A stretch of DNA of 64,000 bases from contig CAZTJK010000002.1 of NCBI GenBank assembly GCA_964613715.1, positions 40,355 through 104,354 on the forward strand. The letters run 5' to 3'. The stretch's first letter is position 1; each line of letters starts with the position of its first letter. The position numbers and the translations under genes were made by a program. The notes below the pieces were generated by a model. It was given only the letters and a program-made list of their open reading frames with translations. It was not told the origin of the DNA and did not search any database. The DNA comes from an uncultured Candidatus Saccharibacteria bacterium. Its GTDB lineage: Bacteria; Patescibacteriota; Minisyncoccia; Phycocordibacterales; GWA1-40-21. Below, piece by piece: positions 18,841 to 29,185 of the stretch.

Positions 18841-21036
18841 TTATTCTTCCTTCTTCTTTTTCGCGAATCGGCCGCGGCGCAGCTTTTTCTCCTCTTTCAA
18901 TATCTCGAGCGCGCGAAGCAAATCTATCGCATACACGTCATCTGTCTTGAGCGAGCGGAAATCAGGCTTCGGCTTCGTCATGTGCGCGATATATGGGCCG
19001 AAGCGGCCGGTATTGGCGACGATCTTTTCTCCAGTTTCAGGATGGGCACCGAGCTCGCGCGGGAGCGAGAGATATTTCAGTGCCTGTTCCATCGTCACCT
19101 CATCCGGGTTCACGCCTTTCGGGATCGATGCCTTTCGGGATTTTACTTTCTTCTTGCCTTTGCCACTGTCTTCACCAAGCTGCACGTACGGGCCATATTT
19201 TCCGCTCTTCTGGGTGATATCGAGGCCGGTTGCCGGATCGGTGCCGATGACCTTGTCTTTCGGCAGCTCCGTGCCATCGATCATCAAGGCGCCATTGCAG
19301 TCCGGATATCGCGAGCAGGAGAGGAATTTGCCATTTCTGCCGAGCTTCACGATCATCGAAGAGCCGCAGACAGGGCATTTGAATTTCGATTCGGCCTCGC
19401 CGAGATTTGTTACTTTCGCCATCTTGTCTTTCGACTTCACGTCTTTGGCAAATGGGCCGTAGAAATCCTTCAGCGTCTTCTCGTATTCACGCTTGCCCTC
19501 GGCGATATCGTCGAGCTCGTCTTCCATTTCTGCGGTAAAGGAGTCGCTGATGTACTCAGCAAAATTATTCTCCAAAAAGCTTGAGACCACGTCGCCGGTA
19601 TCAGTCGGGATGAGCGCCTTACCTTCTTTGTTCACATAGCCGCGCTCCTCGATCGTCTTCATGATTGAGGCATAGGTCGACGGACGTCCGATGCCGCGCT
19701 TCTCGAGCTCTTTGATGAGCCCTGCTTCGGTATAGCGGGTCGGCGGCTCGGTGAATTTCTCTTGGCTGCGAATATCGAGGAGTTTAAGTGTCTCGCCTTC
19801 AGAGACTTTCGGCAATTCCACATCTTCGCCGCGGGCATCCGGGTCGGCTTTGAGCCAGCCATCGAAAAGCATGCGCGAGCCGTTGATGGAAAAGTTCGGA
19901 ATATCGCCCGCGCCGACCTGCGCCGTGATTTTCGTGCGGAGAATCTTCGCATCGCTCATCTGGCTTGCGGCTGTGCGTCGCCAGATCAGGGCGTAGAGCG
20001 CGCGCTGCTCGTCGGTGCCCGCCATTTCTTTTGATATATCCGTCGGGCGGATAGCCTCGTGCGCTTCCTGGGCATTCTTGCTTTTTGTTGCGTAGACAGT
20101 GCGCTTGGCATAGTCAGCACCGTATTTCTTGCTGACGAGCGCGCCGATCTGGTCGAGCGCGCTTGCCGCAAGGTTCGTGCTGTCCGTACGCATATACGTG
20201 ATGAAGCCCGCTTCATAGAGCTTTTGTGCAATGCGCATCGTGTTGGCTGGCGAATAGCCGAGGCGCGTGCTTGCCGCCTGCTGGAGGGTCGACGTCGTAA
20301 ACGGTGCGCGCGGAGAGCGCTTCGCTTCTGTTTCGGTCACGCTTTTGACCGCCCAAGCTTCCTTATTGCCGGTATCGAGTATCTTTTTTACGAGCTTTGC
20401 GTCCCGCGGCTCTTCGTCGCAGTTCAAAGTCATTTTCACTTTGGCTTTCGTGTCGGTATCTGCCTCGATGACCCAATACTGCTCGGGCTTGAATGCGCGG
20501 ATCTCGCGCTCGCGCTCCATGATGATGCGCAAAGCGGGAGACTGCACGCGTCCAGCAGAGAGGCCGTAGCGGACTTTTTTCCAAATGAGGCCGGAGAGAT
20601 CATAGCCGACGAGGCGGTCGAGCACGCGGCGCGCCTCCTGCGCGCGACGCAGATTTTCGTCGATATCGGTCGGATGAGTGATGGCCTCCTTTACTGCGTC
20701 TTTGGTGATCTCATAAAAGCGCACGCGCTTCGGTTTTTTCAATCCCACTGCCTGCTGAATATGCCAAGCGATGGCCTCTCCTTCGCGGTCAGGGTCGGTG
20801 GCAAGCAGCACTTCGTCAGCTTTTTTTGCAAGCGACTGTATTTCGCTGATGACCTTTTCCTTGCCCGGAGAGATGACATAGCGGGGGACAAATCCTGCCT
20901 TCACGTCGATCGCATCTTTGTTCGATTTCGGCAAGTCGCGCACGTGGCCGACCGATGCACGCACGGTATAGTCGCTTCCCAAATATTTTTCTATGGTCTT
21001 TGCTTTCGACGGAGATTCAACGATGACTAATTTCAT
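18841..21036 (-). CDS. topA: DNA topoisomerase I (type IA)
   Basis: LVIVESPSKAKTI, ATDPDREGEAIAWH, SAGRVQS, ITYMRTDS, AHEAIRPT, one Zn ribbon and C-terminal GRFGPY repeats. Confidence 0.97.
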   Translation of the reverse strand: MKLVIVESPSKAKTIEKYLGSDYTVRASVGHVRDLPKSNKDAIDVKAGFVPRYVISPGKEKVISEIQSLAKKADEVLLATDPDREGEAIAWHIQQAVGLKKPKRVRFYEITKDAVKEAITHPTDIDENLRRAQEARRVLDRLVGYDLSGLIWKKVRYGLSAGRVQSPALRIIMEREREIRAFKPEQYWVIEADTDTKAKVKMTLNCDEEPRDAKLVKKILDTGNKEAWAVKSVTETEAKRSPRAPFTTSTLQQAASTRLGYSPANTMRIAQKLYEAGFITYMRTDSTNLAASALDQIGALVSKKYGADYAKRTVYATKSKNAQEAHEAIRPTDISKEMAGTDEQRALYALIWRRTAASQMSDAKILRTKITAQVGAGDIPNFSINGSRMLFDGWLKADPDARGEDVELPKVSEGETLKLLDIRSQEKFTEPPTRYTEAGLIKELEKRGIGRPSTYASIMKTIEERGYVNKEGKALIPTDTGDVVSSFLENNFAEYISDSFTAEMEDELDDIAEGKREYEKTLKDFYGPFAKDVKSKDKMAKVTNLGEAESKFKCPVCGSSMIVKLGRNGKFLSCSRYPDCNGALMIDGTELPKDKVIGTDPATGLDITQKSGKYGPYVQLGEDSGKGKKKVKSRKASIPKGVNPDEVTMEQALKYLSLPRELGAHPETGEKIVANTGRFGPYIAHMTKPKPDFRSLKTDDVYAIDLLRALEILKEEKKLRRGRFAKKKKEE

Positions 21037-21093
21037 TAGGCAGTAGTATTACATGGAAAGGGAAAAAGATGCAAACCGAGCGTATAAATGTAC

Positions 21094-21966
21094 TTATTGT
21101 AATCTCATCTCTCCCATACTCTCTATAATCAATCCTTTAATTTCCATCATCGAGAGTATCGCGCTTGCTTTTGAAATAGGTATTTTCATTTGGCGGAGCA
21201 GCTCGTTTTTTTGGAGTGGCTCGGACAAGAGTTTCACTACGAGCAATTCGTCTTCCGAACAATCGGCATATTTCAATTTAAGATTTTCCGTTTTTTCCTC
21301 CGCATGAAAGCCGAGTGCTTCGAGTATATCTGCACTGTTTCTAATAGGCGTGGCGCCCAGGCGTATCAGCATGTGTGGGCCGTCGGAATTTTTTGAGAAT
21401 ATGCTGCCCGGTACGGCGAGTACATCGCGATTGTATTCGGTAGCGAATTTCGACGTGATGAGTGTGCCGGATTTTGTTTCTGCCTCAATGACGAGCACGG
21501 CGTCTGAAAGTCCCGCCATGATGCGATTCCTCTGCGGGAAACTCCATGGCGTCGCGCGGAAATCAGGCTCGAATTCGGAGACGAGCGCGCCGCCTGACCG
21601 GAGTATCTTTTCAGCAAGCTGCTTGTGCATGGCAGGGTAAAGGGCCTTTTCATCGAGACCCGAGCCGGGCACTGCAATCGTCTTCAATCCCGCATCAAGC
21701 GCTGCGCGATGGGCAATCGCGTCGATGCCAAGTGCGAGACCCGAGATGATGCAAATATCATATCCGCGAAGGCCTGCGATGAGCGCTTCACAGGCATCTT
21801 TGCCATAGCTCGTATGCTTTCGCGAGCCCACGACGCAGAGCATTTTTGTCCCGCTTTTCGGCAGTGCGCCTTTTGCCCACAGCTTTTTGGGAGCATCGGG
21901 AATCTCGCGGAGCTTTTCCGGAAACTCATCAGGTGAAAGTGCAATCATGTCGAAGTCGGCGTACAT
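21094..21966 (-). CDS. dprA: DNA-processing protein DprA
   Basis: VVGSRK.TSYG, ISGLALGIDAIAH, FPQRNRIMAGLS, EAETKSGTLIT and AVPGSIF. Start uncertain (21984, 21966 or 21948). Confidence 0.95.
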   Translation of the reverse strand: MYADFDMIALSPDEFPEKLREIPDAPKKLWAKGALPKSGTKMLCVVGSRKHTSYGKDACEALIAGLRGYDICIISGLALGIDAIAHRAALDAGLKTIAVPGSGLDEKALYPAMHKQLAEKILRSGGALVSEFEPDFRATPWSFPQRNRIMAGLSDAVLVIEAETKSGTLITSKFATEYNRDVLAVPGSIFSKNSDGPHMLIRLGATPIRNSADILEALGFHAEEKTENLKLKYADCSEDELLVVKLLSEPLQKNELLRQMKIPISKASAILSMMEIKGLIIESMGEMRLQ

Positions 21967-22012
21967 TTGAAGGGATTCTATCATGTGCTATGATGAAACG
22001 AAACGGAAAAAT

Positions 22013-23287
22013 ATGCTCGACATCAAGTTCATCCGCGAGAATCAGGATCTCATCCGCGAAGCTGCCCGGAAAAAGCATGTGAAATTTGACGTTGCCGAGC
22101 TCGTGAAGCTTGATGATGCCCGCCGCGAGCTCCTCACCTCGATCGAGAAGAAGCGCGCGAATCAGAACGAGGTCTCGCAGCGCCTCCCGCAGCTGAAAGA
22201 TGATGCGCAGAAGCGCGAGCTTTTGAATCAGATGAAGCTCTTGAAGGAAGACTTGCAGAAAGAGGAGGAAAAGCTCAAAGAAACCATGAAAGCCTGGCAG
22301 GAGCTTATGCTCAAGGTACCGAATGTGCCGGATGTTTCCGTGCCGGAAGGCGAGAGCGATGCGGATAATAAGGAAACGAAAAAATGGGGCGAGCCGAAAA
22401 AATTCGATTTCGTGCCGAAAGACCATATCGCGCTCATGGAAGCACTTGATCTCGCCGATTTCGAGACTGGCGCTAAAGTCGCAGGCTTCCGCGGCTACTT
22501 CCTGAAGAACGAAGGCGCCGAGCTCGAGTTTGCCGTCTGGCAGCTTGCCGTCGATCTTTTCCGCGAGAAGAAATCAGACTACAGAATGATGTTCGTGCCG
22601 TCCCTCGTGCGTCGCGAGACGCTCCTCGGCACCGGCTATTTGCCGCAGGGCGAGGACGATTTGTATAAAACGCAAGACGCCGACTATCTCGCGGGCACTG
22701 CAGAAGTGGCGACGATGAGCTATTTCGCCGACAAGGTCCTCAAGAAAGAAGAATTGCCGAAAAAGGTGCTCGCATTTTCGCCGGCATTCCGTCGCGAAGC
22801 AGGCAGCTATTCGAAAGACGTGAAGGGCCTCTATCGCGTGCACGAGTTTATGAAGTTCGAGCAGGTGATACTCTGCGAAGCCTCACATGAGGAAAGCATG
22901 AAGCATCATGAGGAATTGCTTGCGAATGCCGAAGACATACTCCAGGCGCTCGAGATTCCGTACCATGTTGTCCTTTCCTGCGGAGGCGATCTCGGCCTCG
23001 GCCAGGTAAAGAAATACGATATCGAAGCATGGATGCCGTCGAAAAACAAATACGGTGAGACACATTCCTGTTCCTATTTTCATGATTTCCAGACGCGCCG
23101 CCTGAATATCAAGTACAAAGACGCCGATGGCAAGCAGAAATTCGCCCACTCGCTCAACAACACCGCTATTGCTACGCCGCGCATCCTGATCCAGATCATC
23201 GAGAATTATCAGAATGCCGACGGCTCTATCACTATTCCGAAAGCACTCCAAACATACATGGGCGGCAAGACGGTGATCGCAAAATAA
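22013..23287 (+). CDS. serS: Serine--tRNA ligase
   Basis: MLDIKFIREN, coiled-coil arm, GTAEV, FRREAGS..GLYRVHEF.K.E and HSLNNTAIATPR. Confidence 0.97.
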   Translation: MLDIKFIRENQDLIREAARKKHVKFDVAELVKLDDARRELLTSIEKKRANQNEVSQRLPQLKDDAQKRELLNQMKLLKEDLQKEEEKLKETMKAWQELMLKVPNVPDVSVPEGESDADNKETKKWGEPKKFDFVPKDHIALMEALDLADFETGAKVAGFRGYFLKNEGAELEFAVWQLAVDLFREKKSDYRMMFVPSLVRRETLLGTGYLPQGEDDLYKTQDADYLAGTAEVATMSYFADKVLKKEELPKKVLAFSPAFRREAGSYSKDVKGLYRVHEFMKFEQVILCEASHEESMKHHEELLANAEDILQALEIPYHVVLSCGGDLGLGQVKKYDIEAWMPSKNKYGETHSCSYFHDFQTRRLNIKYKDADGKQKFAHSLNNTAIATPRILIQIIENYQNADGSITIPKALQTYMGGKTVIAK

Positions 23288-23295
23288 TAAGACCT

Positions 23296-23619
23296 ATGCT
23301 GAAGGATACGGTATATGTCCAAGTGTCTACGACCGTCGCTACAAAAAAAGATGCCGAGCGAATAGCCGCATGCCTGGCAGATCGGAAACTTTCAGCTTGT
23401 ACGCAGATTGCCGGACCGATCGAGAGTATCTATCGGTGGAACGGGAAGCGCGAGCGGGCGAAAGAATGGCTTTGTATCATCAAGACAAAAAAGATCCTCT
23501 CTGTGCTGCTCGAGAAAGTGCTCAAGGAAATCCATCCCTATACGCTGCCAGAAATTATTGTCACGCCGATTGTCGGGGGGAGCGACGAGTACCTTACTTG
23601 GATGGGTCAGCAATTTTAA
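23296..23619 (+). CDS. cutA: Divalent-cation tolerance protein CutA
   Basis: LSACTQI.GPIESIYRW.G, HPYTLPEI and YL.W. Confidence 0.92.
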   Translation: MLKDTVYVQVSTTVATKKDAERIAACLADRKLSACTQIAGPIESIYRWNGKRERAKEWLCIIKTKKILSVLLEKVLKEIHPYTLPEIIVTPIVGGSDEYLTWMGQQF

Positions 23620-23622
23620 CCT

Positions 23623-24444
23623 ATGCGTGAACGATCCACTATCGGCGTTATTCTGAAAAAGAAAAAGCGGGCGAGCACCGCAAAACGGATCGGCGTATGG
23701 GCAGTATTCATTGTCTTTTTTATTTCTCTCGCAGTCCTCGGCTTGACGGCATATCAGGTACGCGTACACGATGTCGTGATTACTGGCAATAGCGCTGTGC
23801 ATACGGCTGACATTGCGGCAGTGGCCGATACGCTGCTCGATAAGCGGTATCTTGGCATCGTTGCTACCGACAATATTCTTCTCTTGGATCGTGCGGGTAT
23901 CAAAAATACACTGCTTGCGACTTTCAAGAATATACATACCGTCGAGATCTCATTTTCGGGTCTCAATACACTCCATATCAGCGTGACGGAACGCCTGATG
24001 CAGAGCCTCTGGTGCGCCGGCATGCCGGATCATCCGGGCGCATGCTTTTTTATGGATAGCGACGGATTCGTATTCGCAAAGGCGACAAGCACTGCGATAA
24101 GCATACCGCGTTATTTCGGTTTGATCGCAAGTTCCAGTCCGATCGGTGAATCATATGCAAGCTCGAGCTTTTTCGCGCTCCTTGCGAAAGTCTTCGATAC
24201 CGTCCGTGCCATGCAGTTTGCGCCATATGCATTTTCGGCACAGAGCATAGACGAATACGAGATCACGCTGAAGGGAGGCGGCATACTGTATCTGAATAAC
24301 GGGAAACCGTTCAGTCAGTCGCTCATGAATCTGCAGGCACTTATCGATAATGGCTATATCAAAACGGACGATGGATTTCTTAAGAAAATCCAATATATAG
24401 ATTTGCGCTACGGCAACAAGGTAGACTTCAAGCTCATTCAATAG
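23623..24444 (+). CDS. FtsQ/DivIB-like cell division protein
   Basis: N-terminal TM, POTRA-like VVITGN...LHISVTER, FMDSDGFVF and C-terminal YIDLRYGNKV. Confidence 0.75.
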   Translation: MRERSTIGVILKKKKRASTAKRIGVWAVFIVFFISLAVLGLTAYQVRVHDVVITGNSAVHTADIAAVADTLLDKRYLGIVATDNILLLDRAGIKNTLLATFKNIHTVEISFSGLNTLHISVTERLMQSLWCAGMPDHPGACFFMDSDGFVFAKATSTAISIPRYFGLIASSSPIGESYASSSFFALLAKVFDTVRAMQFAPYAFSAQSIDEYEITLKGGGILYLNNGKPFSQSLMNLQALIDNGYIKTDDGFLKKIQYIDLRYGNKVDFKLIQ

Positions 24445-24447
24445 CGA

Positions 24448-26343
24448 TTACAAGAGGCTTTCGGGATCAACATTCACTGAGAAGTTTTGTGGAAGACTTC
24501 GTAGCTTCTCGACGAGCACTGGATCCGGCCATGCACCCGGCGCCAGGCGCACGATGCCATGGATGGCGAACAAGCCTTTCTTTTCGGGAATGAATGCGGG
24601 AAAGACATCCATTGCATAAGGAGCAATGAGTGTTTGTGCTTTTTCCATAGCGTCCGTGGCTTGCTGCTTTTTGCCGGAAACGGAAATCTTGATGATAGTG
24701 GCAAACGGGGGATACGAGAGCCGCTTGCGGTCTTCGGTTTCATCGCGAAAAAAATCGATCAGATTGCCTGCGTGCGCGTACCCGAAGACCTTCTGCTCCG
24801 CATCCCGCGTCTGGATGATCATCGTGCGGTCGGTGATCGAGCGCATTTTCAGGAGGATGCCGAGCACGCGTTCATTGATCCGGAAATCCGGAATGGCAAA
24901 AAAGGTATCCATGGATGCGACCGCCGAGTTTTCTATTTTCTGATCGAGATAGAGGAGTGCGCGCTCCGTGCCAACGAGAATGCCTTGCGGCGCCGCATAG
25001 AATTTCTCCGCGACAGCAAGGGCTTTCGCATGAGTCGGCGTCTTGTCGGCATCGATGCGGAAGAAATTGCCATTCGGAAAGAGCCGCTTCAATTCTTCTT
25101 CGACGCGCTCTATGCCGATGCCAAGCTGCGCGAGACGCCATCCGCCGCAGTGCCGACATGCTTCATGGGCGTTCCGGCGCTCGCCGCAGTTATGGCAGAG
25201 GAAGAAATTGCCGGACGGCGCGCTATGGAGCACCGTATGCGCGCCGCAAGTATTGCATGCGAATATCGTACCGCAATCGGAGCAGACGGTTGATGGCGAC
25301 AGGCCCCGCCGCGCAGCAAATATGAACATATGCTCATTCTCCTCGACATTTTTCATGATGGCAGACAAGAGCGCATGGCTGAAGAGAGAGAATCCTTGTT
25401 TCTCATGTTCGGGAGCTTTCTGTGTTCTCATGTCGACGAGGGATTCGGTCGCCGTCGAAAGAGATCGGAATTTCAAAGGTACGATATCAAAGAGCTCGCC
25501 CTGCTTGTGGCGGTACATGGTTTCTACGCGGACAATCATGTCGCCAAAAATGATTCGCGCTTTTGTTTCTTTGGCGATAAGCTCCGCACATGTCCGCAGG
25601 TCAAGATACGGCCGGGAGAGCTGCTTATATGCCCGGGAGCTTTCCCGATCAAGGATGATGGTGCTCACATTCTGCTTCGGTACCGACAAAAAGCCTGCCG
25701 TTGCGATGATGAGGATCGGATGCTTTTCGGCGAGGATCGCCTGTACCGTTTCCGTAACTTGCTTCTTGTTCAAGAGCCCGTGCAGAATGAATGTATAACG
25801 CTCAATACCTTTCGACAGGATATCGTGTGCCTTCTTGATATCTTGGATCGTCGGCAGGCAGAAAAAGACCGAGCCACCCCTGACGAATTCTTCGCGGATG
25901 ATGCTCTTATACTGGGCATAGCGTTCCTCGTCCGGCGATTGGATTAGATAGTGCTCCTTCGCGGTATGCTCGATGCCGTGCTCATGCTCTGGCAGGGTGA
26001 ATACTTCAGCTTTTTCAAAGAGAATGTGCGGGACAAGCGCGCTCGCTACCGTACCCGTGTATGTCGCGTAATAGGTAGCGATATGCTCGCATGCGCGAAT
26101 GAATGCAGGGGAGAGCAGACGCGTCGCTTTCACTTTCTCGACGCGCTTGAGTGCGAAGGGCGACTGCTTGACCGCTGATTTTGCTTCGAGCATATTGACG
26201 CTTTTGATCACGAGTGCCGGCACTGTCTTTTTCCGCAACGGCACTTTCACAATCGAGCCAACCATCACGTCATTTGCCGTGAAGTATGTAAGCGTTTCTT
26301 TTGCGACCGATTTCGCGATCGGCACTACTTCGAGGATGTTCAT
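24448..26343 (-). CDS. priA: Primosomal protein N' (PriA)-like with degenerate helicase motifs
   Basis: VKVPLR N-terminal domain, RRG, two Zn modules (CSDC..CNTC, CHNC..CRHC), GIERVEEEL, RIDAD, PDFR..ER and YPPF. Walker A and B not recognisable. Confidence 0.88.
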   Translation of the reverse strand: MNILEVVPIAKSVAKETLTYFTANDVMVGSIVKVPLRKKTVPALVIKSVNMLEAKSAVKQSPFALKRVEKVKATRLLSPAFIRACEHIATYYATYTGTVASALVPHILFEKAEVFTLPEHEHGIEHTAKEHYLIQSPDEERYAQYKSIIREEFVRGGSVFFCLPTIQDIKKAHDILSKGIERYTFILHGLLNKKQVTETVQAILAEKHPILIIATAGFLSVPKQNVSTIILDRESSRAYKQLSRPYLDLRTCAELIAKETKARIIFGDMIVRVETMYRHKQGELFDIVPLKFRSLSTATESLVDMRTQKAPEHEKQGFSLFSHALLSAIMKNVEENEHMFIFAARRGLSPSTVCSDCGTIFACNTCGAHTVLHSAPSGNFFLCHNCGERRNAHEACRHCGGWRLAQLGIGIERVEEELKRLFPNGNFFRIDADKTPTHAKALAVAEKFYAAPQGILVGTERALLYLDQKIENSAVASMDTFFAIPDFRINERVLGILLKMRSITDRTMIIQTRDAEQKVFGYAHAGNLIDFFRDETEDRKRLSYPPFATIIKISVSGKKQQATDAMEKAQTLIAPYAMDVFPAFIPEKKGLFAIHGIVRLAPGAWPDPVLVEKLRSLPQNFSVNVDPESLL

Positions 26344-26408
26344 GCAGCTTCATCATCGCAAAAAAACGCATTTTGTTCAAACAGCCAGCCGGTTCAGAGG
26401 ACCTGCGT

Positions 26409-27716
26409 TTAGAATATCTTGATCTTTGCACCGAGCGCGTTCAGCCGGGCAGCAATATCCTCGTACCCGCGGTTGATGCTGTAGACATTGCGCAAAATGG
26501 ATGTACCTTTGGCGCCAAGCATGCCAATGAGGATGATTGCGGCAGGGCGAAGTGCTGGCGGGCAGATGATTTCAGCAGGTTTGAGTTCGGTTTTCCCATT
26601 CACGTAAAAGCGATGCGGATCGGCGAGAATAGTATCCGCGCCGAGCTTGTCGAGCTCTTTATAATGTATTGCGCGTTTCTCATAGACCCAGTCATGGATG
26701 AGCGTCTGGCCTTTTGCCTGTGTAGCAATGACTGCGAAGAAGGGGAGATTATCAATATTGAGGCCCGGATACGGGCGGGATTCTATTTTGTCATGGAGCG
26801 CAATCAGATTGGATGCATAGGTCTTGATGTCGACAAGATTCGTTGTGCCATTCTCTGCCCTATAGCGTTTTATAATCTCGTACTTGAAGCCCATTTTTTT
26901 CAATTTCAAAAGCTCGATCTCCAGGAAATCAATCGGGCAGCGGGTGATGGTGATGCCGGATCGCGTGACTGCCGCCGCTGCAAGGAAGAACATGCTGTCG
27001 ATCGGGTCTTCGGAAAGATAATAGGTTACATCTTTCTCGATGGATGAAATGCCGTGGATGGTAAGCGTCGTCGTGCCGATGCCGTCTATTTTCACGCCGA
27101 GCTTCTCAAGAAAGAAGCAGAGATCCTGTACTTGGTAATTTGCCGAGGCAAACTTGATGATAGTGTCGCCCGGGATAAGTGCTGCAGCCATGATGGCATT
27201 TTCCGTCACGGTATCGCCTGATTCATAGAGGGCGAATTCCGCCGGGCGGAGCGCAGCGTGCGTTATCTCAAAGCTCCGCTCTTTCGCAACAATCTCAATG
27301 TCAAAATTCTCGAGCGCGAAGAAATGCGGGCTGACGGTACGGGCACCGAGCTTGCAGCCGCCCGATTGTGGCAAGGAGAATTTCTTGAAGAAATGCACGA
27401 GTGGGCCAATGAGCATGATGATACTTCTCGTTTTCTCGGCAGAAACCTTATTTATTTTCGCAAGATCGATCTTGCCCGCACGGATCTCGAGATCATTGTC
27501 GATCCAGCGCGCGGCGACATTGATACTTTCAAGTACTTCTACCATACGATAGACTTCTTCGATCTTCGGAACATTTTTCAGGAGCGTTTTGCCGCGATTG
27601 AGGAGCGCTGCGGAAATGATGCCCATAGCGCCATTTTTCGAGGTTTTCGTCGCGACAATGCCAGAAAGCTTTTTGCCGCCCTCGATTTCGAAATTGATCG
27701 GTCCTTTTTCCTGCAT
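26409..27716 (-). CDS. murA: UDP-N-acetylglucosamine 1-carboxyvinyltransferase
   Basis: SKNGA, LKNVPKIEEV, catalytic loop SGGCKLGAR, TVTENAIMAA, PYPG and RGYED. Confidence 0.93.
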   Translation of the reverse strand: MQEKGPINFEIEGGKKLSGIVATKTSKNGAMGIISAALLNRGKTLLKNVPKIEEVYRMVEVLESINVAARWIDNDLEIRAGKIDLAKINKVSAEKTRSIIMLIGPLVHFFKKFSLPQSGGCKLGARTVSPHFFALENFDIEIVAKERSFEITHAALRPAEFALYESGDTVTENAIMAAALIPGDTIIKFASANYQVQDLCFFLEKLGVKIDGIGTTTLTIHGISSIEKDVTYYLSEDPIDSMFFLAAAAVTRSGITITRCPIDFLEIELLKLKKMGFKYEIIKRYRAENGTTNLVDIKTYASNLIALHDKIESRPYPGLNIDNLPFFAVIATQAKGQTLIHDWVYEKRAIHYKELDKLGADTILADPHRFYVNGKTELKPAEIICPPALRPAAIILIGMLGAKGTSILRNVYSINRGYEDIAARLNALGAKIKIF

Positions 27717-27788
27717 AAGTCTCGTGAGTATAGCATATTCGTTTGCAAAAAATAGCCGAACAGGTAGTATACAAACTAAGAAAAACCT

Positions 27789-28802
27789 ATGTCTTTTTTT
27801 ACTCGCAAACTCGGCATCGATCTCGGTACGGCGAATACTCTTGTCTTTCTGCCGAATAAGGGCGTAGTCCTTTTTGAGCCATCGGTGGTTGCCATCGCCG
27901 AGCAGGACAATAAGATTCTCGCAGTAGGACTTGAAGCGAAATCCATGATCGGCCGCACGCCGGATTCAATCATCGCGTATCGCCCGATGAAGGACGGCGT
28001 CATCGCGGACTATCGCGTGACGGAAGCGATGCTGCGCTATTTCATCGACAAGGCACTCGGCAAGTGGAATATCTTCAAGCCAGAGGTCATGGTTTCGGTG
28101 CCGGCTGGTATCACGTCGACGGAGCGCCGTGCAGTCGTTGAAGCAGCTATTCGCGCCGGTGCCAAGAATGCATATGTCGTGAAAGAGCCGATCCTTGCAG
28201 CGATCGGCGCGGGCATTCCTATTTATGAGCCGATGGGGCATATGATCGTGGATATTGGTGGTGGCACGACGGACGTTGCGGTTATATCGCTTGGTGGCAT
28301 CGTGGCATCGACATCAGTGAAATGCGCGGGCAATAAGATCGATGCGGCGATTGCTGACTATATCAAGAAAACATTCAATCTTGCGATCGGCGACAAGACA
28401 GCCGAGGATATCAAGATCAATATCGGTTCTGCCGTGCCGGTTGAGGACGAGCTTGCCATGATGATCAAGGGCCGTGATTTCCTCACAGGGCTTCCGCGCT
28501 CGACCGAAATCAAGACGAATGAAATTGTCAAAGCCATTTCAAAAGAATTGAAAGACATGATCAAGGCGATCAAGGATGTCTTGCAGGATACGCCGCCCGA
28601 GCTTGCCGCGGATATTATTGATAATGGTATCATCATGACCGGCGGCTCTTCGCAGCTGCGCAATCTGACCGAGCTTGTCTTCCGCCGTACGGGCGTCAAA
28701 GCGCAGGTTGCCAAGGACCCGCTCTATTGTGTGGCGAAGGGGACTGGTACTGCCCTTGAGCATCTTGATACCTACAAGAAGTCGATCATTGCAAAGCGAT
28801 AA
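27789..28802 (+). CDS. mreB: Rod shape-determining protein MreB/Mbl, copy 1 (stand-alone)
   Basis: GIDLGTANT, EPSVVA, PMKDGVIAD, VDIGGGTTD and GRDFLTGLP. Confidence 0.95.
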   Translation: MSFFTRKLGIDLGTANTLVFLPNKGVVLFEPSVVAIAEQDNKILAVGLEAKSMIGRTPDSIIAYRPMKDGVIADYRVTEAMLRYFIDKALGKWNIFKPEVMVSVPAGITSTERRAVVEAAIRAGAKNAYVVKEPILAAIGAGIPIYEPMGHMIVDIGGGTTDVAVISLGGIVASTSVKCAGNKIDAAIADYIKKTFNLAIGDKTAEDIKINIGSAVPVEDELAMMIKGRDFLTGLPRSTEIKTNEIVKAISKELKDMIKAIKDVLQDTPPELAADIIDNGIIMTGGSSQLRNLTELVFRRTGVKAQVAKDPLYCVAKGTGTALEHLDTYKKSIIAKR

Positions 28803-28855
28803 TTTTTGTGGTATTATAAAAAAAGAGCTGTTATACATAGCAAAAGGAGTTTCTC

Positions 28856-29161
28856 ATGGAAACTGTTGCCCTGGTTCTTTTTAGTATTATCATCGTTTGT
28901 TCAGTACTGTCATTTCCTTGCGTAAGCGTCCTTGTGGGAGGCATACGCGGATTACAAGTACTATTTCCAGCTTTCGGCAAGCTATTCAATGCATCAAGTT
29001 TCTTAAGCATTGTGGCGATGCTTGGAATCTTCCTGCTTTTGTTTGCAGGCATTTACTGCGATTGGCATTTGCAAGAATGGCTGCGAAAAAAGATCGGCTT
29101 CAAAGGATTCCTGTATTGGTATTCCAAAACCGTACTTCCATACCCGCTCGATATCCAATAG
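28856..29161 (+). CDS. Orphan small membrane protein
   Basis: Two hydrophobic segments, AAGGAG SD and terminator CGCTCGATATCC...GGATATCGAGCG plus T tract over the stop. Confidence 0.62.
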   Translation: METVALVLFSIIIVCSVLSFPCVSVLVGGIRGLQVLFPAFGKLFNASSFLSIVAMLGIFLLLFAGIYCDWHLQEWLRKKIGFKGFLYWYSKTVLPYPLDIQ

Positions 29162-29185
29162 GATATCGAGCGTTTTTGTTATATT

